From: a virus
Virus record (IMG/VR): IMGVR_UViG_3300045988_123843
Location: 5,414 to 37,413 of that record
Strand: one strand, 5' to 3'
Length of the DNA: 32,000 bases
Each line of letters starts with the position of its first letter. Positions within the stretch are counted from its first letter, which is position 1. A program made the position numbers and the translations under genes. This document shows positions 23,849 to 31,568 of this stretch, piece after piece. Below the pieces are notes generated by a model. It was not told the origin of the DNA and ran no database searches. It was given only the letters and a program-made list of their open reading frames with translations.

Positions 23849-23940
23849 AGTATGCCGAGTATACAAAAAAACAAATTATTTGAATAATTTAAAGTTGACA
23901 TAGTATGCAACGCATACTTATAATGTATGTGTAACATACA
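23849..23940. promoter_or_regulatory. Genetic-switch region: rightward promoter plus 17-bp palindromic operators
   Basis: TTGACA (23895-23900), 18-nt spacer, TATAAT (23919-23924). Perfect palindromes are AGTATGC-AAC-GCATACT (23902-23918) and TGTATGT-GTA-ACATACA (23924-23940). A degenerate copy is at 23849-23865. A leftward TATAAT (complement of 23835-23840) could serve the repressor gene. Confidence 0.6.
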
Positions 23941-23966
23941 AAAAGTATTTTAAAAGGAGGGATGTA

Positions 23967-24119
23967 ATGACTGATGAGGAAAATGTCACTAAAGAAGCTT
24001 TGGATACGCTCGAAAAGATGGGATATGACATCAACGAGTATGATCGAGGTTTTATCGCATGTATTTTGACTCAGAGCAAAAGAAAAGGCTCAGAAGGAAA
24101 GGAGAACGAAGAAAAATGA
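23967..24119 (+). CDS. Hypothetical 50-aa protein, first gene of the rightward operon
   Basis: AAGGAGG RBS. Translation: MTDEENVTKEALDTLEKMGYDINEYDRGFIACILTQSKRKGSEGKENEEK. No obvious HTH. Confidence 0.4.
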   Translation: MTDEENVTKEALDTLEKMGYDINEYDRGFIACILTQSKRKGSEGKENEEK

Positions 24120-24376
24120 AAGCATATGTGACTGTTAGAGATGTGATGCTTGTTTTACCTGTAAAAGATACACAGGCTAGAAAGATTTTACATAATCTAC
24201 GCAGACAAAAAAATAAAAAGGGTGAAATATTTGAAGGATCATATCGAGACACTATGCTTGGAAAGATTCTTGCAGTTCCTACTCCGTTATTTGTTGAGTA
24301 TTTTCCTGAGACTAAAAGTGCGCTTAATGACATTTGGAAGGAACAAATAAAAAGCACGCTTGACCAAGCGTGCTAG
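24116..24376 (+). CDS. Small DNA-binding (excisionase/MerR-like HTH) protein, tentative
   Basis: ATG 24116 (ATGA overlap, AAGGAG upstream) is preferred over the track start 24059. YVTVRDVMLVLPVKDTQARKILHNLRRQ resembles Xis-type HTH proteins. Confidence 0.4.
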   Translation: MKAYVTVRDVMLVLPVKDTQARKILHNLRRQKNKKGEIFEGSYRDTMLGKILAVPTPLFVEYFPETKSALNDIWKEQIKSTLDQAC

Positions 24377-24443
24377 GGTAGTGAGCCCTGCATAAATTAA
24401 CCACATGATTATTATATCACAGAAAATTAAAGGAGTAATGAAA

Positions 24444-24662
24444 ATGGCAAAAAAAGAAGAAAAAGAAAATTGGGTGATTCCCGATTTCGATAACTATGAG
24501 ATCAGTAAGTTAGATGACAAGTATCTCCTTAATTTGAAACCTAAGCCAAAGAATTATGTAGTTGCATGTACGATCGTTAATATTGCTTTACTTGCATTGA
24601 ATGTATGTGTGTTCTTATCTACTACGATCTTGGTTTCAACAATCATCCAGGTAGTTAAGTAA
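24444..24662 (+). CDS. Small membrane protein (C-terminal TM helix)
   Basis: ATG 24444 lies 8 nt after AAGGAG. TM segment: VVACTIVNIALLALNVCVFLSTTILVSTII. Confidence 0.4.
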   Translation: MAKKEEKENWVIPDFDNYEISKLDDKYLLNLKPKPKNYVVACTIVNIALLALNVCVFLSTTILVSTIIQVVK

Positions 24663-24663
24663 T

Positions 24664-25566
24664 ATGACTAAGGATGAGTTACAAACAAAAATTAACGGGT
24701 TCATAAAAGAAGAAACAGCGGATGAGAAAAGTAAGAATACCATTCGTAAATACAAACATGTTGCTACTTTGTTTGTTAACTCATTGCCTGATGGTGAAAT
24801 ACAAAAGTCCGATATAGTTGGTGTTAAAGATAAACTGCTGCATGATTATAAAATCAGTACAGTAAACAACTATATTGTGATCATTAATAAATTCATTAAA
24901 TATGCAGAAATCGTAGATTCAGATGATGATTTCAATTTCTTGAAACTTAAAAAATATTATTCAAAGAATTTATTGAAGAACGTAAGAGTCCAGAAAGATG
25001 ATTCTTTGGATGATATTTTAGAGCCTAATGAATTTCAAAGACTATTGAAAAAAGCCAAGGAAATCAACCGTATAGACCTATACGAGGTTATGAAGGTATT
25101 TGGATATACGGGAATTAGGCTGAGCGAATTACAGTTCTTTACTGTGGAAGCAGTAACGGATGACAATGTGTATGTTATGAACAAAGGAAAAGGAAGAGGA
25201 ATCATTCTACGTTCAGACTTGCGTAGAGAACTTCTTAAATACTGCAAGGACAACAAAATTGAAGAAGGATATATATTTACTTCTTCTGATAAGAAAAGCC
25301 CTGTAAACGCTCGTGTGTTGTCTAGAGATTTAAAGATGATTGCTGGTAAATGCAGAGGGATTAAGCTTGGCAAAGTACATCCACATGCATTTAGGCATTT
25401 GTTTGCCATTCAGTATTTGATGCAGAATGGTGAAAATGCGATTGCAGAACTAGCTGACATTTTGGGCCATTCTAGTTTAGAAACTACAAGAATCTATGTT
25501 CGTACAACAAGGAAAATGAAAAAGCAGAATCTTGAATCATTGAGTTATGCGAAAAGGAGTAGGTAA
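24664..25566 (+). CDS. Second tyrosine recombinase (XerC/XerD-like)
   Basis: 300 aa. Catalytic residues are seen in GIRLSELQ, HPHAFRHLFA and LGHSSLETTRIYV. The N-terminal SAM-like domain is present. Confidence 0.85.
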   Translation: MTKDELQTKINGFIKEETADEKSKNTIRKYKHVATLFVNSLPDGEIQKSDIVGVKDKLLHDYKISTVNNYIVIINKFIKYAEIVDSDDDFNFLKLKKYYSKNLLKNVRVQKDDSLDDILEPNEFQRLLKKAKEINRIDLYEVMKVFGYTGIRLSELQFFTVEAVTDDNVYVMNKGKGRGIILRSDLRRELLKYCKDNKIEEGYIFTSSDKKSPVNARVLSRDLKMIAGKCRGIKLGKVHPHAFRHLFAIQYLMQNGENAIAELADILGHSSLETTRIYVRTTRKMKKQNLESLSYAKRSR

Positions 25567-25596
25567 AGAGGTAATTATACAAGACGGGAGAAACAA

Positions 25597-25860
25597 ATGA
25601 AAGAAGCTACTAATGTTAATACAGGAGATGTTATTCAGGTTCAAAATGCATCATATGAGGTTCTACAGGTAGTTCCTGATGCAGTTTATATGTTTGAAGA
25701 ATATGGAATAACAGCTGCACTTGTACAAAGAAAAAACATTTCTTGCATGGGTGCAGCATATCGTTTTTATCAGGTAGATGGAAGGCTTTTTGAACTTGTG
25801 ATTCTACCTAAAAGTAATACAAGGAATAGAAAGAGAATAAAGGAAATATCTTTATTCTGA
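25597..25860 (+). CDS. Hypothetical protein
   Basis: 87 aa with GGGAGA RBS, in an operon with the replication genes. Confidence 0.4.
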   Translation: MKEATNVNTGDVIQVQNASYEVLQVVPDAVYMFEEYGITAALVQRKNISCMGAAYRFYQVDGRLFELVILPKSNTRNRKRIKEISLF

Positions 25861-25869
25861 GGATAGAAA

Positions 25870-26670
25870 ATGAAACACAGTTTTGATGCAGAAATTGCGA
25901 ATGAATATGGAGTTGAAATAGCTATCATGTTCGATATGTTTTGTTTTTGGATCAGCAAAAACGAAGCGAATAATTACAACTTCCAGGACGGGAAATATTG
26001 GACGTTCAATACATATGAAGGATTGCATAAAATGTTCCCTTATTGGAATGTTCAAAAGATAAAAAGAATCTTAAATAAAATGGTTGAACTGGACTTGTTG
26101 GTCAAGGGAAACTATAACGAAAATCCATGGAATCATACAACTTGGTATGCGTTTGGAGAAGTAGGACAAAAGCTAAAAAATGCTTTATCTATCGATTGGT
26201 CAAAAGTGACTAATCGAACGGTCGAAAATGGCAATTGTAGAATAGTCAAAAATGACCAATGTACAATAGTCAAAAATGACCAATCTAAGACAGTTATATA
26301 CACAGTTAGTAACACAGTTAATAAAAGAAATATAAAAGAAAGTTCCGACGACACTGATTTATCAGCATCAGAAACAATCCCTTATGTTGAAATTATTGAC
26401 TACTTGAATTCTAAATGTTCAAAGCATTACAAACATAGCAATCGAATTGCTAGAGATAAGATTCATGCTAGATGGAATGAAGGATTCAGGTTAGAAGACT
26501 TTAAGCTTGTGATTGATGTTAAAGCTTATGATTGGTTAAACGATACAAAAATGAACAAGTATCTAAGGCCTGACACGTTGTTTGGATCTAAGTTTGAAAT
26601 TTATCTGAACAGTGTAGCACCTAAACAAAAAACAAATGATTTTGTGATCACGAAAGGAATGAAGATGTAA
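25870..26670 (+). CDS. Phage replication initiator / replisome organiser
   Basis: It has an N-terminal winged-helix-like region. The C-terminal IIDYLNSKCSKHY...ARWNEGFRLEDFKLVIDVKAYDW...KYLRPDTLFGSKFEIYLN matches the conserved phage C-terminal (YLRPxTLF) domain. Confidence 0.65.
   Translation: MKHSFDAEIANEYGVEIAIMFDMFCFWISKNEANNYNFQDGKYWTFNTYEGLHKMFPYWNVQKIKRILNKMVELDLLVKGNYNENPWNHTTWYAFGEVGQKLKNALSIDWSKVTNRTVENGNCRIVKNDQCTIVKNDQSKTVIYTVSNTVNKRNIKESSDDTDLSASETIPYVEIIDYLNSKCSKHYKHSNRIARDKIHARWNEGFRLEDFKLVIDVKAYDWLNDTKMNKYLRPDTLFGSKFEIYLNSVAPKQKTNDFVITKGMKM
26195..26284 (+). repeat. Iteron-like direct repeats inside the initiator gene (putative ori)
   Basis: AATAGTCAAAAATGACCAAT occurs exactly twice (26241-26260 and 26265-26284). 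Two degenerate copies lie at ~26195-26214 and 26217-26236, with a period of about 22-24 bp. Confidence 0.6.
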
Positions 26671-27464
26671 TGCAGTCAGTTAGTGAAATAATCCAAAAAC
26701 AAAATGATGCGAATAATGAGAAATATCTTAAAAGCAAACATTGCCAAAGCAATTGTGATAAATGCATGGCAGCCGGTGCATGTGGTATTTGGGAAAAGCC
26801 AGCGTATTACGACGGGAAATACTTGGTGGCTGCAACAAAGGTGTTCTGTTCAAAAAGAAATGACTGTGAGAAACTATCAAGCTATCGCAGTGAGTGGATT
26901 GAGAAGAACAAAAAGAACAGTGGCTTAAAAGATCTGTTGAATAAACGAATCAATGATTTTGTTGCATCTGATCCGTGGCAGGAAGCAATCAAAAAAATGG
27001 CAGTGAATTACATTCAGGATTGTAAAAACAATTTTGCAGAACACATGCCTTGCAATTGGCTGATGTTTTTAGGACAAAGTGGATGCGGTAAAACACATCT
27101 ATGTTCAGGAATCAGTAATTGGTTGCTCGAACAAAATAAACGCGTTCTGTACGTCAGATATATTGAGTTGAGTAATTCTATTAGCAACTTTGATTATTCA
27201 CTTCTAGAACGTGCTAAACATGCTCAAATCTTGTATCTAGATGATTTATTCAAATCTAGTGCCAATCGATTGGATGATAAAGCAATCTTTGATTTGATTG
27301 ATTATCGCTATAACAACAACATGCAGACGATCATATCCTGCGAAAGAACAAGCCAGGAAATGATTGATATAAATGAAGCGGTAGTTGGCCGAATTGTTGA
27401 AAAGTGCAATGGTTTCTTCTTTGAAATCGAGAAAGAGCCTGGAAAGAATTACAGGTTGAATTGA
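26670..27464 (+). CDS. DnaC/IstB-like AAA+ helicase loader
   Basis: Walker A GQSGCGKTH and Walker B ILYLDDLF. It lies immediately after the initiator gene (ATG overlaps its stop). Confidence 0.75.
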   Translation: MQSVSEIIQKQNDANNEKYLKSKHCQSNCDKCMAAGACGIWEKPAYYDGKYLVAATKVFCSKRNDCEKLSSYRSEWIEKNKKNSGLKDLLNKRINDFVASDPWQEAIKKMAVNYIQDCKNNFAEHMPCNWLMFLGQSGCGKTHLCSGISNWLLEQNKRVLYVRYIELSNSISNFDYSLLERAKHAQILYLDDLFKSSANRLDDKAIFDLIDYRYNNNMQTIISCERTSQEMIDINEAVVGRIVEKCNGFFFEIEKEPGKNYRLN

Positions 27465-27670
27465 TGGCACGAAAAATATATGGAATATACAAGGATGATC
27501 TTCCTGTTTGTATTGGAACAGAATATGAATGTGCATTGTTTTTAGAAACAACAATCAATACATTTAGATCCATGTGTTCCAAACAGAAAAAAGGAAAAAT
27601 AAAGCGTTCAAGGAATGGATTTATAATCGTAAAAATATGTGAAGAATTGGAATTGGAGGAAATAGAATGA
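27461..27670 (+). CDS. Hypothetical protein
   Basis: 69 aa, overlapping start and stop with its neighbours. Confidence 0.35.
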   Translation: MMARKIYGIYKDDLPVCIGTEYECALFLETTINTFRSMCSKQKKGKIKRSRNGFIIVKICEELELEEIE

Positions 27671-28110
27671 TTGAATTAAAAGTGATTGAAAAATTCATGG
27701 AAGAAAATGGTTTAGAACCATATGATGCATTTGATGTGGATGGTGAGCTAAAAAAATACAATCCATGTTATTTTACTGAAGAATTAGAATTACGATCAAT
27801 GTATCTTGATTTTAAAGGTGTTGATAGTCCACTTTGTACAATTTGGTTACATAGACTATTAACCGGGAAAGATCATGTAAAACATAAAAGAACAGAAGAA
27901 AATAATTCGGAAGTTGTTGCTGAAGAAAACAGAAATGTTGTTTGTAAGGTATCTGTTAAAGGATATGTTATGTCGGATGAAGAATTAGATTATTTAAGAA
28001 AAGCGTGTCATTTAGCAAGCAATGTTGCCTTTGAAAGCGACGAAAAAAATATTTATAGAAAATTAAATGAATATTTAATAACAGGTGAAAGATCCTATGA
28101 CAGAAAATGA
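27667..28110 (+). CDS. Hypothetical protein
   Basis: 147 aa, ATGA overlap with the upstream gene. Confidence 0.4.
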   Translation: MIELKVIEKFMEENGLEPYDAFDVDGELKKYNPCYFTEELELRSMYLDFKGVDSPLCTIWLHRLLTGKDHVKHKRTEENNSEVVAEENRNVVCKVSVKGYVMSDEELDYLRKACHLASNVAFESDEKNIYRKLNEYLITGERSYDRK

Positions 28111-28882
28111 TTTTATTCTATTCGACAGAATAGAAGTAATAAAAAAGACGATTGAGAAGTATGGGGAAGAAAACTTCTACATATCTTTCTCAGGAGGAAA
28201 AGACAGTACAGTTTTACATCATTTAATTGATGAAGCAATTCCTGGAAATCAAATACCAAGGGTGTTTATGAATACAGGGATTGAATATAACGATATACGG
28301 AGGTTCGTTGAGGAATTGACAGAAAATGATTTTAGATTTGTCATTGTAAATTCCAAAGTGAACATTCCACAAATGTTAAAAGAAAAAGGCTATCCTTTTA
28401 AATCAAAATTTCACGCAGAACAGGTGCGGAGATTTCAATTAAAAGGCGATTTTGAAAAAACAAACCGAAATTATTATGAAGGTGTAAAGGCAAGTGGAGT
28501 AGAGGCATCCGCCAAATTTAAATGCCCAGGTATACTGAAATACCAATTTTCAAAAGATTTCAATATTCCTTTAAGTCCAAATTGTTGTAATGAGTTGAAG
28601 AAAAAACCATTACATAAATGGGAAGAACAAAATAAAAGGAAAATTGCAATTATTGGTACTCGACAAGCTGAGGGCGGAATTAGATCAATGCACGAAGGAT
28701 GCATATTAACTAAAAACAATGAAGTTGTTAAATTCAAACCTTTAAATCCTTTGAATGATGATTGGATGGAATGGTACGTAAAAGAAAGAAACGTTAAATT
28801 ATGCAAGCTTTACTATCCACCTTACAACTTCAAGAGAACAGGATGTAAAGGATGCCCATTTGCGATACATCTACAGGATTAG
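28097..28882 (+). CDS. PAPS-reductase / PP-loop ATPase family protein, ending at an in-frame TAG
   Basis: PP-loop FSGGKDST and C-terminal CKGCPF. ATG 28097 lies 8 nt after AGGTGA. TAG is at 28880-28882. Confidence 0.75.
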   Translation: MTENDFILFDRIEVIKKTIEKYGEENFYISFSGGKDSTVLHHLIDEAIPGNQIPRVFMNTGIEYNDIRRFVEELTENDFRFVIVNSKVNIPQMLKEKGYPFKSKFHAEQVRRFQLKGDFEKTNRNYYEGVKASGVEASAKFKCPGILKYQFSKDFNIPLSPNCCNELKKKPLHKWEEQNKRKIAIIGTRQAEGGIRSMHEGCILTKNNEVVKFKPLNPLNDDWMEWYVKERNVKLCKLYYPPYNFKRTGCKGCPFAIHLQD

Positions 28883-29011
28883 TTGGAAGTTATGGAAAAG
28901 TATCTTCCAAATGAGCGAAAGCAATGTGAATTAATTTGGAAACCTGTATACGAGGAATATAGAAGGATTGGCTACAGGTTAAAAAGAATAGAAGAAAAGA
29001 GATTATTTTAA
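28883..29011 (+). other. In-frame continuation of the PAPS-reductase reading frame beyond TAG (42 codons)
   Basis: LEVMEKYLPNERKQCELIWKPVYEEYRRIGYRLKRIEEKRLF is in the same frame, with no RBS or start of its own. The same C-terminus is conserved in the orphan copy at 29483-29548. Confidence 0.5.
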
Positions 29012-29021
29012 GGAGATAAAC

Positions 29022-29468
29022 ATGGACAAATATTTGTTTAAATCGAATATATTCGCTCGATTATCAGAAATCGTAGAAGCTGATTCAGAAAAAGAAGTTA
29101 TGGATAAGATTAGAAATCGAAAATCTTTTGAAATTAAGCAAGAAGTTTTGAAAGTTTATCCATCATCAATTGAGATTACAAAAATCAAAGAAAAAAAGGA
29201 GAAAAACAACATGGAATTAAAAGAAACAGTAGAGTTAATGAACTCTGAAGATTACAAAGAAAGATTCATTGCAGAATATCACCAAGTAAAAATCAGATAT
29301 GAGAAATTGAAGAATTTCTGCAACAAAATTGAAGTTGAAGAAATGCTAGGCAAAGAAGTAACAAAACATGATTGCCCACTTGAACTATTAAGAGAGCAAC
29401 AAAAATACATGGGATTGTATTTATCCGTTCTTGAAAAAAGAGCATTAATTGAAAATGTTGAATTATAA
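29022..29468 (+). CDS. Hypothetical phage protein
   Basis: 148 aa with AAGGAG RBS. The C-terminal half (SEDYKERFIAEYHQVKIRYEKL...CPLELLREQQKYMGLYLSVLEKRALIENVEL) resembles a widespread small phage protein family of unknown function. Confidence 0.45.
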   Translation: MDKYLFKSNIFARLSEIVEADSEKEVMDKIRNRKSFEIKQEVLKVYPSSIEITKIKEKKEKNNMELKETVELMNSEDYKERFIAEYHQVKIRYEKLKNFCNKIEVEEMLGKEVTKHDCPLELLREQQKYMGLYLSVLEKRALIENVEL

Positions 29469-29482
29469 AAGGAGAAACAAAA

Positions 29483-29548
29483 TTTTATCAGGAATATAGA
29501 CGAATAAGTTATAGATTGAAGCGTATTGAAGAGAAAAGACTATTTTAA
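29483..29548 (+). pseudogene. Orphan 3'-end fragment of a second PAPS-reductase allele
   Basis: It translates as FYQEYRRISYRLKRIEEKRLF* with no upstream ORF or start. 18 of 20 residues are identical to 28949-29008 although 17 of 60 nt differ (hand count). Confidence 0.6.
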
Positions 29549-29563
29549 AAATGTGAGGTAAAT

Positions 29564-29860
29564 ATGAAACTAGAATGGAAAAAAAGAAATTTTGATAGAC
29601 ACGAAGTAATGCAGCTTGAATTGGTTGATGCCTACAATGAAAGCAGAACAATTGCATCCATCGTAACACTTCAGCCAAACACGAACGAAGAAAAAATGTT
29701 TGATTTACGATACACATTGTATTTTGAAGAATGGAAAAGTCCTTTTTGTTTGATTGGGAGTATGGAAGAAGCAAAGAGAACAGCTTTGCAATTCATTAAA
29801 GAAGAAGCGGTAGAAAGAATGAAAGAATTAACGTATATCATAAATTTTATTGATGAATAA
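29564..29860 (+). CDS. Hypothetical protein
   Basis: 98 aa, GTGAGG RBS. Confidence 0.45.
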   Translation: MKLEWKKRNFDRHEVMQLELVDAYNESRTIASIVTLQPNTNEEKMFDLRYTLYFEEWKSPFCLIGSMEEAKRTALQFIKEEAVERMKELTYIINFIDE

Positions 29861-29872
29861 AAGGAGAAACAA

Positions 29873-30121
29873 ATGACAACTACAGAAATGATTGAAGAAA
29901 GAATTGATGCATTAATTAAAGTGTATGAAGGATACATTGATGAGAACAACCAAAGTATCAAAAAACGCAAAAATCTTTTAATCTAGAAATTGGACGATGT
30001 ACGTTATGAATATCTTAAATTATATGTCGAAACGATTGAAATATATATGAGAGAAAATGAATTGTTTGAAATGTTTATTGAATCGTTAAAATATGCAAAG
30101 GCAGGGAAAGAAAATGAATAA
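29873..30121 (+). CDS. Hypothetical coiled-coil protein interrupted by in-frame TAG at 29984-29986
   Basis: AAGGAG RBS. There are 37 codons, then TAG, then 44 codons in the same frame. The TAA overlaps the next ATG (ATGAATAA). The downstream half has no RBS or start. Confidence 0.4.
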
Positions 30122-30413
30122 TAAAGAATTGAAAAAAAACTTAGAAAAGGAAAGAAAAAAGCAAAGAGAAGATGCTATAAAAATAAATACTTTTATCAGA
30201 TTAGATAAAAGCAGTGCTTCTGAAATCGATAAACAAATTGAGCAAACTTATTTATCTTTGCAAAAGAATATTAAATTTGTCTGTACCAATAAAGATTTGA
30301 TGAACAGTATGCTAGATGAATTAGACTACATTGTTTACGCATCGAAACTATATGGTGGAAAGCATGTTATGGAAGAATTGGATAATCGTTACAAAAATAA
30401 ATTAATGAGTTAA
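30114..30413 (+). CDS. Hypothetical protein
   Basis: ATG 30114 is preferred over the track start 30093. 99 aa, Lys/Glu-rich. Confidence 0.45.
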   Translation: MNNKELKKNLEKERKKQREDAIKINTFIRLDKSSASEIDKQIEQTYLSLQKNIKFVCTNKDLMNSMLDELDYIVYASKLYGGKHVMEELDNRYKNKLMS

Positions 30414-30426
30414 AAGGAGAATGAAA

Positions 30427-31059
30427 ATGAATGAAAAATTAAGGCCATGCCCCTTTTGTGGAGGGGGAGCAAGACTACAACTAACTGATGATGAAGGAAA
30501 CTTTAAAGATGAATCCTATTTAGAAAATCCATACAGTGGAGTTGGATATGTAGTTATGCACGATATAAGTCATTCAACAAGCTGTTGTCCAATTGCTACT
30601 GATTCCGATAGTTCGCAAGGCAGCTACATTTACGCATCAAAGGAAGCAGCAATAAACGCTTGGAACGGAAGAACAGATGATGATTTAACCGATTATATAT
30701 CTAAAATTATGAATATCTTCTATGGATCATTCATAAATCACAATAAAGAGCTAATTCTGATTCCAAAAACAAATCTATATTTCTATTTAGGTGATGTTAA
30801 TACAGTTGACGAAGTGAAGTACAAATTACTTGAATGGTGCAGCAGAAGTAGTTTTAAAGCAATGCCATACAGATATGCCAAGAAGAATAAAAAGTATCAA
30901 GACAATGTTTTAAGAAAAGTGAATGAATGTCTTGATGCGGAATTTACACGAGAACAAATGGAATTGATTTACACAAAATTAGGAAACTGTATAAATCATG
31001 AATTGACAATGAAATTTGTTAGTAGTGGTTATGATATGAAACAGTTAGAGGAAAAATAA
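30427..31059 (+). CDS. Lar-family (restriction-alleviation-like) zinc-ribbon domain fused to an unknown C-terminal domain
   Basis: LRPCPFCGGGARL...CCPIA...SKEAAINAWNGR follows the Lar family pattern. ATG 30427 lies 7 nt after AGGAG. The C-terminal ~120 aa are unrecognised. Confidence 0.5.
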   Translation: MNEKLRPCPFCGGGARLQLTDDEGNFKDESYLENPYSGVGYVVMHDISHSTSCCPIATDSDSSQGSYIYASKEAAINAWNGRTDDDLTDYISKIMNIFYGSFINHNKELILIPKTNLYFYLGDVNTVDEVKYKLLEWCSRSSFKAMPYRYAKKNKKYQDNVLRKVNECLDAEFTREQMELIYTKLGNCINHELTMKFVSSGYDMKQLEEK

Positions 31060-31060
31060 A

Positions 31061-31303
31061 ATGATGGATATAGAGTATCTGGAAACAAAGGCTAAGCTAG
31101 AATCGATAAATGCTTGCACTAAATATGCTTATTTCCTTGAATACAGTGATGATTCACGTAAAACTTACGACTTGATCATGGACTACTCAGATGAAAATAA
31201 AGATAATTATAAAACAATCATTGAGTGTATGACCTGGCACGAAGTGGTAAGTGTTATTAAAGCAATGTACTGCATCATGCAGCATGAATGCTTAGAAGGG
31301 TAA
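31061..31303 (+). CDS. Hypothetical protein
   Basis: 80 aa, tightly packed in the operon. Confidence 0.4.
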   Translation: MMDIEYLETKAKLESINACTKYAYFLEYSDDSRKTYDLIMDYSDENKDNYKTIIECMTWHEVVSVIKAMYCIMQHECLEG

Positions 31304-31317
31304 AGGGTAGAAAGAGG

Positions 31318-31566
31318 ATGTCTAAAGTTGAATTAAGACTTAACGAATTAATAGATGCATTAAAAAATAAAATTGATGAACTTCGTAAATCAAAAGAACT
31401 TGAAAAAGCGTTTTTAGATGATGAATTAGAAGTAAATGATAATGAACAAATGTTTACGCAATTCAAAATAATATGTAAATATGATTCTAAATTAATGATT
31501 TTAGAAGAGATTCTTAAATCACTTGAGTATGTAAGAACAGGGGAATATAAGAGAGAAAATAAATAA
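31318..31566 (+). CDS. Hypothetical coiled-coil protein
   Basis: ATG 31318 after AGAAAGAGG is preferred over the track start 31288. Confidence 0.4.
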   Translation: MSKVELRLNELIDALKNKIDELRKSKELEKAFLDDELEVNDNEQMFTQFKIICKYDSKLMILEEILKSLEYVRTGEYKRENK

Positions 31567-31568
31567 AT

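Noticed and set aside
24059-24115. Upstream extension of the HTH gene given in the ORF track (start 24059)
   Set aside because: It overlaps the better-supported 50-aa gene (23967-24119). ATG 24116, with an AAGGAG RBS and an ATGA overlap, is the more likely start.
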